The notes: generated by a model not told the origin, from the sequence alone. 64,000 bases of DNA from Lingula anatina (GCA_051362555.1 CM120646.1:7502001-7566000), one strand, 5' to 3'; shown: positions 47,732 to 62,100, counted from the first letter of the stretch. Numbers and translations are program-made.

Positions 47732-47972
47732 CAGGGGCGGATCCAGGATCCGACCATCACCCCCTTGGTGTTGTGTTCTGGTCCTGCTCAAGGGCCCCGA
47801 ATTTTTTTTTTTGGTGTTTTAGAGAGCAAACATGCCTTTTGGTACGGTTTAGAACTATTATTAGCTAGTCAAAATTCTGATCTCAAAATGGGAATATTGG
47901 TGTGATATATTTTTCAGACACCGAAGGGGTGGGGGTCAGAACCCCCCTGACCCCCCTCTAAATCCGCCACTG
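47732..47972. mobile_element. hAT-like MITE with 5-bp TSD
   Basis: CAGGGGCGGATCCAGG.../...TAAATCCGCCACTG; TTCTA at 47727-47731 and 47973-47977. Confidence 0.8.
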
Positions 47973-48739
47973 TTCTACACAACCACCTATAACTGACAAT
48001 TTAATGAGACAGAGAAGACAAGAGTATGTTGGTTTGACTAACGGCCTTCGTTAAGCTAGGATACTCAGGGTATTAGTCTACCTTATGTGTATGGTGTACT
48101 TACCATTGGTGGTAAGAAAAAAGAGCGCCTGCACCGTGAACAAGATGGCGAATGGTTCCATAGCCGCAGGGTTCTTATCCAAACATCACTGAAAGAATAC
48201 AAGAGTAATCACCATTAACGCGGACACAATCTAATAAATCATCGCCGGAAAAGACTTTTCAGCGACACGAATAATATGTTCATTAGTCATATGTTTATCA
48301 GAAAGTATAATCCATTAAAAGTATTTTAAAATTTATGTCACAAAAGAGTGAAGGGAAATATCATATTGCTCACAATTGTCGAAATTGATATAACTATAAA
48401 CACATCATTGTGAACAACTTCCCTAACGTGGTTGAATATTTGCACTGACATTTATTTTATGACACTGAATGTTAACTGCATGTAAAAATCGACTAGACGT
48501 CGTGTTATATATGACTATATAAGAAGCAAATCAGATAAGGTGCAAGTGTAAATGCCGATACGTAAATACCGAAAGACGCTACAGTTATAGTTTGAATAAT
48601 GATTTGGAAAACCATCCCAGGGTGAGTGTGAGTGCGTGCGCGCGCGCGCGCGCACGGGTGTGTATGTGGGGTGCCCCATTAGCTGGCGTATCAGTAAAAG
48701 TAGGCATGTTGTTCGAGGCAACTCCAGTAACTCGGTTGC

Positions 48740-48841
48740 CCGGTCTATTAAATCTTTTTTCCTGCCACTGACCCGTGCTCTTCTTCTTCTTCTCAGTTCT
48801 TCTTTTAGTTTCTTTAACGGCCATTCATCATATTTTGTCAT
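48740..48841 (-). pseudogene. SAP-domain coding fragment, probably a DNA-transposon relic
   Basis: MTKYDEWPLKKLKEELRRRRRARVSGRKKDLIDR fits the SAP pattern LK-EL--RG---SG-K-DL--R; the ORF degenerates into microsatellite immediately after. Confidence 0.6.
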
Positions 48842-49116
48842 TTTTGCGGTACAAAGAGAAAAAACCTAATCATAAATAGCGATGACACAATCGTATTGCC
48901 CACGCTATAAACAGGAAGTTCTATTTCCTGTGCTGGTGCGGTTGTGGCGACGCGTAGCGGGGATATCTGCACGGTCTCTCATTATTACGACCATACGCAC
49001 ACGATTATGTGCAGTAAAGCAATTTACACATGCACGTGCCAATGTAGGGGGGGGTGGGGATAGTCCAGCAGGTTCCCATCAGCTGAAGGCTTACAACGGT
49101 TTAGATAACTGAATAA

Positions 49117-49361
49117 GGGCTCATTTCCAATGACACTATCGTTCCACGTAGATCGATCCAACTCTGCAGGGACTCTAGCTTAGTGCAATCAGTTGAACAG
49201 ATTAACACACCTGTTGTTCCCAACGTTCTATCATTATCACCATTTTTTCTGCATTCTGCCCAACGCCAAGAGGAGGCGTGTTAATCTGATTGCATTCAGC
49301 GAGAGTCCCTTCGGAATTGGATCGATTTACATAGAACGATAGTTTTATCGGAAATGAGTCT
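49117..49361. mobile_element. PIF/Harbinger-like MITE, copy 2 (same family as 2482-2713)
   Basis: GGGCTCATTTCCAATGACACTATCGTTCCACGTAGATCGATCCAACTC... with a matching 3' TIR; TAA on the left, GAA on the right. Confidence 0.82.
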
Positions 49362-52351
49362 GAAGTTTCATAAAGAAAAAACTAAGCTGTTGTGACGCGC
49401 AAAACCTAAGGGCAAATTTTAGGGCTTCTCTCTCCTCGTGCATTCTACACTTTTGAAATATTAAAGCCTTATTACCGGTGACAGGTTTCCGTTACTTAGA
49501 GAAAGCGAACGCGTGAAGAGGAAGGTATTATTCTTTTATCGAACGCGGTTATTAGATTATGAAGATTAAAGGTGTATTTTGGCATCTGTTTGCGCAATAC
49601 GGTTTCCTTATTTTTATAGCCGACAATATATAGGCGCACTAATTTAAAGTTGAAAACTTGAAAGCATTTCGTCATGCAATCCATACCTGGTATATGTGAA
49701 ATATATGTGAAATAAATGTAAAAAAGGCCAGGCTACCATTCTTTATCCATTATTCATATTTCATTTGCCACACTTCAAACAGTTATAAATACACTTTTAT
49801 TTTTCTTTATGATGCAATAACATAGTCATTAGTTATACTCTCTTCATAATTCCTTCTATATGGCACGGGGTACAGATAGCGACATTTTGCGCATTTAAAC
49901 ACCATGAAGAGCTCTTCAGACTACTCATAGATTATTTGATGAAGAGGCACTTTGAAATTGGCTCTCTTGAGAAATATTTTGCATCTTTTTTCGGCATCCA
50001 ACTTATATTACATCAAATGCTCTAGATATGTAGCCATAAAGAGACCTATAATATATATTTTTGTTGTTTTATAGTATGCCAGTATTATTAACATGATGTT
50101 TTATGTCATTATTTGTTTAGTTGCACAGTCGAACGTCTTTTATCATCAAAACGGGATCCCAAGGAATAATGCCAAAAAATGTGAAATCTCAGTCCTCTCC
50201 TTCCAATATAAACTTATAAGCACACATCATCCAGTTAGTGTTCACATAAGAAACCAATCCCTTCAGTGTTAATTTTCGTAACATTTCAATCCACTGTGTT
50301 ACTGTGTCGGATATTCCCCACCCTTTCATGTTTACCACTTCAGCTAACATTTTCCCTACCTTTGTGACGCCATATTGAGATATACTGATATTCATAAATC
50401 CCTCAGACACTTGGCCACCATCGGTGACCTTTGCTAGGTGGTTCTGTAAATCTTGCGGGCTTTGCTTTTCACGTTCTTGAGCTTGTAAATCGGTGGGAGT
50501 TTTGGTGCTTACCGGCCCCTCAAGAAACCCATGCTGATAACTCAGCTTGCCGACTGGTCGAAGCACTCATTACTAGTCTTGCTAATAAAAAAGGGCGTCT
50601 ACCGGTGAAAAAGGAAAGTTTTCTTTTGAACAAGCTTCGCTTCTGATCTTTAAAATATTGAAACATTTGATGGTTAATTTGGTTGAAGATATATACAATG
50701 TTCATGACCCAAAGTTCCAACTCCTTGCTTTGCTGGCAATGTTTTGAACGACTTAGGTAATTCGGTTTATCATTCAGTCAGATTGAACTGAATTTGCTGG
50801 AAATCATAGTTCAACTTTATCATGTTTTGGCTATGTTCCCCACAGTTGTAATATCACTAATGTAGTTGTGCAGAGTTTCTGTTATCTTACGTGACTATGA
50901 TTCAAGCGCAAACGTGTTAGTCAAAGCCGCTACACGCCAGTTAATTTAGAGAAATGAAAAGCTGCACAGCTAACGGAAGATGCTAATCAAAAGGAGATCA
51001 ACGAACGAAACGAGCTAAATTGTTAATTAGGCTTCGACGTTAGTACTTGCATTTGCATCATATAATTGATGTGAACGGATGGTGTTTATCACAGCCATCG
51101 CGATATGTTTAAGTTTATTGTTTTGTGTAATGAATGCCTTCCTTTAGTTGCAATACACAATGGTTTTATATCCATGTTATATTATTTGCAACGCATGAGA
51201 CACGGAAATAAAAATACTGCATCCTCCATATAATATACATTTATATGATGGCGCAATGATGCATTGTGCAAGTGCCTCAATACTCTGTGGTTTAAAGCCA
51301 TAAGCGCATGTAATGGTATAACTAATCGAACGTAGTCGTATATACTGTATATTTATATACTGTATATATTGGTGCTAACAATATTCAGTGTAAAAGTTTT
51401 CCGGATACGGTTTCAGAAATAATCAACGAGATTACACGTTGCCTTCCCTCCTTACTGCTATGACGTAAACTGAAATACCATGCTGTAATCACACGATTAT
51501 CTAATCAAGGCCATTTTTTGGTTCCATTAATGCGCATGATGTCTCATGACATTAAAATATCCGGCAACAATTTCCATGAGGGCATATACTATTGGGATGT
51601 ATGATGTGCTTTTAAAATCATGCGCAATAACTAAAGACTTGCAGTCTTGATGATAGGAACAAAAAAAAAGCCATTCCGACCTGATAGTCTTGTTCATATC
51701 AGTGGGGAATCTTGGCTGAATTTTCAAAACCTGTAACAGTTCTGTGCTTAACGCATGATCTAAAGCTTTACCAGTGCCCTTTTAACACTAACTGACTAAT
51801 CAAAATCCACGAACTTCTGTGAATTGCTCGCCGCTGAGATAACTAGCTGATTCGAGCTCTCATTACTTTTCACGACATACCGGTAAATTGTTTTACACGC
51901 ATTAGACGAAACATAACGATAAAAGGAGATGCAGTTTAGATCTAGTGTCAGTGTACTTAAAAGTGACACTGCCGCAATCAAAAGAAATAGTTTTAAGTGC
52001 TAAAATGTATATATAATATAAAATACCTAGCAGTTAGAGAGCCTTTAAATGTAAAAAGATTTCCATGCTCAATAAATTATTATTACTATTATTATTAAAA
52101 TGTGCTAAGCAGTTGTAGCTTCTATTTATGTTAATAACAAAAAGCTACATGTATATCAGTGTTCTCAGATTGCTGGGTTGGCCCTAGCTGGGCAGTTCTT
52201 CATCCAGCTTGGTTTTCTTTCAAAAGATATTCAGACAAAATCAAACATTAACGATTTTGCTGTCTAGAGACCCAAGTCAATGTCTCACTTCCATCTTTAG
52301 TTAGTGACATGTATGCTGGTATCTGACATCATTCACGACATTCAACGATCG

Positions 52352-52643
52352 CCCCGAGTCTCAGAGATTTCTTGGCACCAATTTCTATTGCCATCATGCT
52401 TCTGCCGTTCCTAGTAACACAACAAAGGCACGACGGTGTAAGGACACTGAGGTTTGTGTAACTGAAAGTCCGCCCTCCATTTAGTTATAATGGTTAGGGG
52501 AAGCCTGACCTAAGTGGGCCAAAATCTAGGGTGGGGCTTACCTGTACAAATGGATGGGAAGCGGACTCTTTATCATTAGGGACTCTCTGTCACGTTACGC
52601 CGGTACTGGTGTGTTAGCTTCCAGAAATCTCTGAAACTCGCGG
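52352..52643. mobile_element. Old MITE-like fold-back element
   Basis: CCCCGAGTCTCAGAGATTTCT pairs with AGAAATCTCTGAAACTCGCGG; inner inverted pair AGTCCGCCCTCCATT / AATGGATGGGAAGCGGACT. Confidence 0.55.
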
Positions 52644-55600
52644 TGCTACGGACGGTCTCTTGGCATAGAATGAATCAATCTATGCCACATCATCTTCTAA
52701 ATGAGAAACATGATTCGATCACTTACAGATCTGATGGCTCAATTTGTTTGAATGTCAGAACGAGAGATGACCCAGTATAGACCGACGCACCGATCGCATT
52801 GACAACTATCCCTAACCCGCCATCGAGAACAAATGGAAAATGTGCCGGAAACCAATGAGTGAAGTTCAACTGAAAAAAAATCTGGGTGCAATTCCATTAG
52901 CAATTCGAGAAAATTTCCGTAATTTCCTTGGGGAAATTAATACATAGTACAGCAGATTATCCGCAAAAATTGTGTGATGATCGCGGTATTAATGCCGACT
53001 TCTCGCAATATGTGTGATAATTTGCGTCCCTAGACCTCAATATTCAATACGATTAAGAGTAATTTAGCAATGAGACGGATGTTCGTGTGTTTTATTTTTC
53101 AAAAAGTGACTGGAAAATATTGAAACACGAGATTATTGATTGTCAAGTACAAAAAACATGAGCAATCACATGCGCGATCCTCTTTTAACAGAATTACGCC
53201 ACTAATTTCCAATTTTCCAATCTCGCAGTAATCCCACACACAAAAATAAATGTTTTTTGTTGATTAAGGGATGACTCACGGCGAGCAGAATATAATGTAG
53301 AGAGTTTCCTTCATTCTGCAAGGTGATTGACATCGTTTACAGGTGTTTTGAATCATCTACCTGCAGGCTTAATTACTGGGCATCGCTAAGCCAAACTCCT
53401 CTCTTAACTGTTCACCGGAATAAACATGTCTGTATATCAATATATCGCAGTGTATTAACTAACCACACTTGCAACAGCTAAAGGTCTATGCAGAACTCTC
53501 TATGAAGATAGAAGCGACCTAGAAGCAAGTGAAAAAATTAATTAAACGCTTATAATTTTCGAAATTTTACCCATATCTAATACTGTTTGAGAAAAATCTT
53601 GGATTGGATTATTTCTTTCTTCGGTCATGTGTGCTGTTCTCATGAAAATTGACAGCCTGTGAAAAAAAGAAAATCCACAGTCACATAATTGCAATGTGAA
53701 TCTCTTAGAAAATTGCACTGCTATACGAAATGTCCAGTACGGCAACTGAAAAAGATAATCATATACTCACCGACTTTGAAGGCCTATAAGAGAGAGAGGT
53801 CAGGGCAATTTTACAACCAGCTCGTTAACTCGGAAAAACCAGGCGAGAGGTTAACGAAGAAACGCGTGGCTGTACTTTAAAATCGCCCCTTTTAGCTGTG
53901 AAAACATACGGCGACTTCGGTGGCAATAACAGACAAAATGCTATTCAAACACGGTTGAAATCAATCGCAGTGGCTCACCTCACTCTTGGGTCACTTGGGT
54001 AATGTTTTTACCTCGCGGTATTTTGCAGCACATAAAATCCCACAGGCATCATGTAATAGTTTATATCACCAATCCAGTAAAATGTGAGCTTAAAATATCT
54101 GCGATATACAATGGGAGGCAGCCTGTTTACACAAGATGCATTGTACGCCTACAGGAAAGCACCACAAAATCTCGTCATGACGATGAGTGGCTGCGAAACT
54201 CCTCTTTTTCATAAGTTTATCCTTGAATGATGGGTCCCAGTTCTATGGAATAACCAGATAAAAAAGGTTGCCCCACATTCTGCCATACGGCCTACCGGCT
54301 GTTTATGGTCAACGATAATTTGTAACAGTTATTTCAGACTCTCCTACATTCGTGAACCCGGGTAAGTATATGGGCCATGTCTTGTCTTTTCGCCAGTATA
54401 TACATGTAAGAGCTTCGACACTGCATGCACTAGAATGACGTGCCTATGGTACAATAAAGCAATGAATGGACCACACAGGAGTGGGAATTATTTGGCCAGA
54501 GGTCAAACTAGCCAGCACCGTTTTCTTCTCATACGGCCAGTAAAGTCCATGTCAAGTTTATGTCACGTTACAAAGCCCGTTGGATTAAATTAACATGATA
54601 TTTCACACGGTTCTTTAGTACCAAAGGCATTCAATGCCCGAGCCTTACGTCGTCGAATGCTGGTAAATTGGCATAACTTCGTATACCTTGCCAGTGGAAG
54701 AACACGTTACGTGAATTCCATATTATTTTCATCACGTTTTGCAGGGTTGTCTTTATCTTAGCCCTGACTTTAAGGACATTTAGTACTATATTTAGAAGTT
54801 ATATTATAATAACAAGAAAACACTTATCTCCGCTAATTTATCTTTTATCCTACTGCGCGAAAATGGAAAGATAACATCAATATTATTAAAGTCGGCCAAC
54901 AAGGGTTTAATGCCATTCCCACGTACATATAAATAGTACGTGATAACAAAATTGATAAAAGAAGTTGAAAAAATAACGATTTACGCAGATTCTAAAGTGG
55001 AATAATGTGCATTGTAAACCAGGCTGAACTTTAACTTGAACTTTTGTGAAATAAGCAGCACGGGATATTCATTGTTTATCAAAACATTAAGGACTCAGAT
55101 ATATTATTTCAGGGAGAAGCCACGATAGAGGAAAAAACAAGTATCCACTTACGCTTAGTCACCTTACACATTATATGCACTTGAAAAGTTAACCAATGTA
55201 AATATGAATTGTGTATAGGGATTTAACGTACAATCACTGTACTGTACTGTTCTCTCTTACTTAGCAGTACAGATGCATTTACACCGTACATGTACTAACC
55301 ATTATCAAAAATCAGTAAATCACGGTCGACTAACACATCATACACCATACTGCCCACACCTGTGTATAGCCGTTCTTGGTGACCGGCTACTACAATGTTT
55401 ATTTAGTGTAGCGCCAGGTCACACCAGTTAATCAATGTATATTATCTATATATCGTGGTAGTTTTACATAACGGCCTTTCTAATAATGCTCGCTCAAGCA
55501 GTTCGGGCATACAAAATAATTATTGTAAGCAAAGTCATTGCGGGTCACTCTAGCAGCTAATTTGCCCATTCTGCGCGTTATTGACAAAAAGTAATTGAAT

Positions 55601-58600
55601 TTTGATTCAGTAATTTGGAATAATTCATAGTGGTATTTGTCAATAAAACAGGTTCTTTTGTTAGTAAAAAAAGCACACCTAAAAGGCGTACATTCAGCAT
55701 CAAGTAAACTCGCGTCAAAGGCCGCTGTAGATCGGGCAAACCTTTACGTATGTGTAGACGTGATATTATTCATAATGGCTTTCGAATGTTAAATTATCTT
55801 CCAACTTCACGCACTTAAGATATATGAAACTGTAATGTCTGAAATGGGACGGGGTTATACTGTACATGTTTATCACTATTGAAACCTATAACTTGCTCTG
55901 AGTATCTAATTATATTTTATCAACTAATATATAAAGATTCCCCTTCTATTAACACGCAGTGCGTAAGGTATGTCTGACTTTTATCCCGAATTTTCATCAA
56001 CTATGAAGAATACAGACAAAAAGCGGTATCTGTTCTGTCTCTGGGGAAGCATCACCCTTCTATATGCGCAAGTTCTCAGAATAAAAGATAAATAACTTAC
56101 CTTAGATCTACTGGTTTACCCCAATAATGGATTGTTAAAGTGGTCTGCTATGTAATTTGCGACGTTCCTGCTTCCTCTATTTCAAGGGTTCACATTGAAG
56201 CGTAGAGCTAAGCAACTCTGATTTGAATAGAGAACGTTGTTAATTCACTACCTTCAGTTCAATATTCACAGGGAATTTCAAAAACACTCAACATTAAATT
56301 CCAATCCAACGAGCGCTTCATTAATCGACTCCATTGAACGCCATGTCACAGCGAAGACGCTTGGGATTGTAAACAGGGGCCGTACTTGCAGCCCATTTCG
56401 ATGAACTGTGGTAACGTCTTGCTGTGTGTCAATTCAGGAACAATGTCGCCTTGGGAAATTTAAAATATATTTAACGCTACTTATTCAGCCTTCTCGGCAC
56501 CACCATTCTCAACGCATGACTTTCTGCTAAGGTTCTTCTAAATGATCTGTTAATGTACGGCGATATAGATATAAATAAGCTGGCGTAGAATACAGATGCG
56601 GGCCCATGGTCAAATTCTATGGCGGGTTATGTTTTCTGATGGTAATTCAAATAAATTGCTTCTCGTGGAATTATCAGACATTTCGCTCATTACATGCGCT
56701 ATGGCAAAACAGTTTACGCCAGGGCGGCGATTTGCACATGACGATAAAAAGACAGAGTCATTTAATAAACAAAGCGCGCTTTTTCATGGAAAGCAGAATC
56801 AATTGCTGAATGGAGTTTCCTTCCGGCTGGTGAACCGAAGGTTTAGTTGATAAAGAATAAAAGCCAGCCTCATGGAATTATCAGTAAAAACTGACAATGA
56901 AGCAAAATTGATGTATTTGTGCTAAACAGCGCGTGACCAGGTTTTAGAGACACCACCTGTACTTTATTATTATTTAATAAAGTTGGCATTCGTAAATAAT
57001 AGAAGCGGGGATTTATCTATGGACCTGATTTGTCTGCACGTTTTAAATACGATGTAAACTCATAAATATCATGTACGTCGACACTCGTATGTTATTACAG
57101 AAGAACCCATGTAGAAAGCATCTTTGGTCTCTATCCAGCAGAGATAGGCTGGCTTAATTCAGCTCCACCTAACAAGACTGACTGCAATTGTGCTCAAAAG
57201 TAATCAATCAAACGACTTGTAGCGTGTCTATGTGCATGTATACATTGTGTAAAGGTCTAGACGTGACAACATAAGGTTTACTAGTTGCTTTGCAATTTGC
57301 TATGAATTAACGTTATCAGTTTTCTTGTTTGATACCGCATCAAGCTAAAGTTGGTCGACTCATTGTAAACACCCCTACTTTTCTTTAGACAATCTGTATG
57401 CAAACGGAAGACAGGGTTTAACACTGCTATCAGTATATCCGGCAAGGTTTTCTTAGAAACCACGCATTCAAGATTAAGGTTCTTAGAATGTACTTGTGTA
57501 TCAAAGGCAAAGCCTAATGAAGGCATCTTGACAACAGACAGATATTTTCTGAGTGATGGCCTTATAACACACAATTCAATTAGATTGGCAATTGCATTGT
57601 GTAAAAAATTGTCTAACGGCAATGCCATAGTTTTATAACATTCAATGTTTTTTATTTATTCCTTAACTAGTACACACTTACCTGGACGGTGTAAAAAGGA
57701 CGTTATATCTTACCAAACCTGATTAGGGACATTTAAAAAGAATACTGCAAATGCGACATCATTGCAGTTTACATAAAACCTCTCAAAGCGTTTATTCAAG
57801 AAGATTTCTTCAGAGGGTCCTGTTTTTTTCTTTTTGTGGGAGGGTGGGGGTTGTAGAGAGGTTGTGGCTACTTCGAAAATGATCTAGATAGATTTCTGCA
57901 GCATAACCCAGATTAAAAAAATTAGGGTTTACCGAGGTGAATATTTTGCCTGTCTTCAACTACCACTGGGTATTGCATCTCTTACTCCCATACAGTGTAT
58001 TCTACAGTATGTCAGACCAGAGTTTCAGTGTTTTTGAAATTACCAAATGTTCCCAGGGATGTATATGGAACCAGGGACTCGACGGTTACGTACTAATGCT
58101 GAACTGGAAAGCGTAGATGTGAAATATCTTTAACATTAGAAAAATATGGTGATCTCCACTTCTTCCTGTGGAATGTGAAAATACATTATTTGGCGTGTAT
58201 ACATGCTGTGTTGGACTCCGTTGCGTGGAATCTATCTCGCGCAAAAAAAAAAAAAATGTAAAAGTAGCGACTCACATAAGTTGGCGGCTTGCAGTGACAG
58301 GGTAGCATTTTTCAACAACAGTAGAAACATGCTTGCCTAGATAATGTCGTTACTCTTTTGAAATAATCATTTCTTTAAAAAATTAGACATAAACCAATAT
58401 TTTGACGACTGTAATATTGACAGAATTGCATCTGTCTGTTTTTTTCTCTCTCATCGGTTTATCGTTTTGCGTTGAACATTTATGTCATGTTATCTTTATA
58501 AAGTCTGTCTACAGTATATTCTCAACAGCATGGGAAGTAATGTATCATTAGGTTTGGTTATATTTAGTTACGTGCGGTTTCTGTTTATGACAAACTGGAT

Positions 58601-59074
58601 TGTTCATGGTCGTTACACTTTACAATTTTTTTAAGTATCTATCCTGCATCTGATGTAAGTTCACCTATTCTTGATAAGAAGTGCATTGTAGTTATTGTTT
58701 TACATCTATACATCTTATAAACATGGAACAAGGTGGTGCAATGCAGATGCCATTTGTAGTTGTCGCCAAAACAGAAAACGGCAATGTCACGATTACGGTG
58801 CCCATTATACTTGCCCCGTTGAGTTGTCCTAACGGTAGAATAAGACTAAAAGACCGGTTTATGAAATTGGACTCTATGTGATGGGTAACTTCTGAGCTGG
58901 TTTAGAATAACGATTTTTCTATCAAAATGTTCAGTCGGGATCAATAGGGCGACCGAGGAAGCCGCGGCATTAACTGGAGATAACGTTCAGTTGGAGGCAA
59001 ATCGATGAAAATCTAATTTAATGACATTGCATTCAAATTGCAAAAACATCCTTGTTAGAGAGAGGCACAGTGCG

Positions 59075-59126
<52 letters not shown>

Positions 59127-62100
59127 GCAAAGGGGACAAAAGTAGGCCTAAATAGTTGATGTGTTTTTCAGATTCACATTTTGTTTTCATCCCTCTGCTT
59201 TAAAGATACATAGAAGTCGGATTCTAAATTACTTTAAAGAATTGTAAACTGCTTAAAGAAGCGTTCGTTGTTGAATATGTATGAGTGATGGATCCGATCT
59301 TCACAATAGACGTTAGCATGTCACTTGGAACAAGAGCGATATTTGATGGCTATTTCATGCCTGTTAGAGGCTCTGCTAGACCATTAATGTGCAATTTATT
59401 CAACTGGAAAAGTCACTGCGTTTTGACAAAAGACATCAAAGCAGACAAAAATCAATTCACCGAGTTAGATGGAATACTGGATGTACGGTCGCAAATTTTA
59501 ATTACTTGGGTTCATGTATAAAAACATAAATCATTTTAATAGATTTTAATAACAAATAACCGCAAATTATTAGACAGATTAGACAGACAGTGACAGAAAT
59601 GAGGGAGAGAGAAAAGAAAAAGTTTTATAACATCACGCTATTATGATATGCCAAGCAATTTCTAATTAAAAGCTATAAAGAATACTATCCTAGACGTATA
59701 AAATAAATATAACGACAGCAAATTTGAGACATATGATAACGAAAAAGGTAACGACCAAAAGGGTTACATATATAATCTATAAAACGATCAGTTACAAAAA
59801 GAAAACAATAGAATGTTAACATACCATACATGTAAATTACCTGAAATCTTGTTAGATTTTTGTATCACATATCCTTCACTGTGCTCTTGTTCTCGACTGA
59901 TTTCACATTCGGAAAATAAAAATACCAACATATTGAAACTAATTGTCATATATCTGCACCATTAGAGTTTTTTATAATTGAGCGCATGCGCACTTTCAAT
60001 TTACCGCCTGCCGTCTCGTCGATAAAATAGAAAGATACGTACGAAATTTAAGCTAATGTTATGAAATCGGCAAGAGTTTGGATCGAGGTCATTAAGACAA
60101 CCTAAGAATTCTTCTCCCGAAGGACATGCCCAAAATCTATTTTTTGATTTAGCAGTATCGTCTGGGTCTAAGGAATATGTTGAATATACTTTTTAAAACC
60201 TGTCAGTGAAAACATATCTGCTTTTCTTTTTTTTTTTCGTATGGCTTATTGATGATGTCCATTGAATCTCTTAGCATCGATCAGTTTTTCATACAATGCA
60301 AATAAACAATTGGATACATCAATGAATGAATGAATACATAAACGAACAAATAACAAGAATTATAAGCTGACTAAGACCAGAGGCAACAATTACGTCGGAG
60401 ATAAGAGATCCCTGTTCACCATTTAAAATAGGGACGGAATACATTCAGAAATTTGATCTGTTACTGGCAAAGGACAGATAGGAAACGACCTTCGTCTTTC
60501 TCACAATTTATAACACTTAGCAATGCACCCTTTCCAAGAGACATACAAGTTGCCGCTTTTTTTAGTATGATAAAAGGTATTACCATCCATTGTTTCCCTC
60601 CGCGCTTTTATTAAATAGCATTTTAAGGCACAGGTTAATATATTATTCACACTATGTAAAAATGAAAAAAAGGTGACGACACTAACCATAATATAATTTG
60701 AAATAGTGACAATGACTGAAACCAAGATTCACTGGATGACGAGTAGGATGGGATTTCAGAAAATGCGACAGAGAAGACGTCCAGTCGATCACACAGGATG
60801 CATTTGCAACTGTCGCAGCATCCATGAACTGAAGGTATGCAATCGATTAATGAGTCCAAGAGTTTATATTTCGTAATAGGAGCTATTTCAAGCATTTCCG
60901 GTCGTTTTTTTTTAAGTTTTTTTTTTGGCAAATATCTTATCTTGAGTTTTTACGGGCTATTGTAGATCGTGGAGTGCGCCTAAAACGTTGAAGAATTAAG
61001 TCCCTCCAACTGAACCAGATTATATTTAGCTGTAAAAGGAACCTTTGGAAGGCATTTCTTAAATGTCGAAGACAAAACCTGAACTAGATGCAACGTTATT
61101 AGCAGATGGGGGATTAGAAGCAGCCTTAGATATCCCAGAAATCCCAGTGGCGGACCCAGGATTTGCCGAGGGGAGTGAGAGCCAAGGATGAAAAATAAAT
61201 TGCTTGACAAATATTAAATATATTTACAAAAACATAAATTATTTACCAATAAAGCTACGGTATCTTTTCGTAGTTTTCGAAGTGCATCTCATACCTCATT
61301 TCAAAATTAGAGGGCTTTTTTTGCGCAAGGTGATAACAGTATCCTAAAGAATGTGTTCAACATTTATTTATAACAAAAAAATTATTAAAAAGATATAGGA
61401 ATTTCATTTCATTTCGAGGTAAATCAGCTAGCAGTAAAGGGTCTCGTATTATTAAGGTTGGGGAATTGCTGAAATGTGTTGTTTTTTTTGTGTGTGTGAT
61501 GAAAAATTGCTCGTTTATTGCTTACGTTTTGTTCATTTGGTGCATGGTTGTACTATATGGACTTCAGCCAGGGAGAAAGTGTAGCTTGGTTCAGGCTGTG
61601 TCCTTCTTGGTTCCGCCGATTTGTCTGACAGATACTCGTGACAGCATCGATCTTTTCCAGCATTAACACCCGAGGAAGAAGATCTTTTGGTTATCCTAAA
61701 ACAACATTGTAAAAGTCAAACGCCCTGAACCTACTGTTAACCTGACTCCAGTGGGAAGCGGGGTGCCGCATAACAGTAAGCCAACATACTAAATCGATAT
61801 AAAAATTAACATCAATATCTATAGTTCTAAATGTGTACCACAATAGGAGTCGATATTTATTTGTTTCCGTATCTTGATAAAATACCTTCAGTCTGAACCT
61901 GAGGTTCGTCCATGTTCAAACCGAAGTCCTTCTTTCAAAAGGTGCCCTGGACTGTGTTTTTATTGTGGCAAGAAGGTCAAAATCATTTGTTTTTTTTTTA
62001 TTTAGGATATAATCGAAATGTCGACCATGGGGTTTGAATTGAACAAGGGGATAATCGTGACGTAATACCTCCATTATAGGGCCTACAATTAAAATTATGT

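Noticed and set aside
49686-49738. Hydrophobic mini-ORF MVAWPFLHLFHIYFTYT with a donor site, as the nAChR signal-peptide exon
   Set aside because: It ends in phase 2, whereas the 45655 acceptor needs phase 1.
50590-50625. SFFTGRRP resembling a sulfatase signature
   Set aside because: The CxPSR motif is missing and there is no further similarity.
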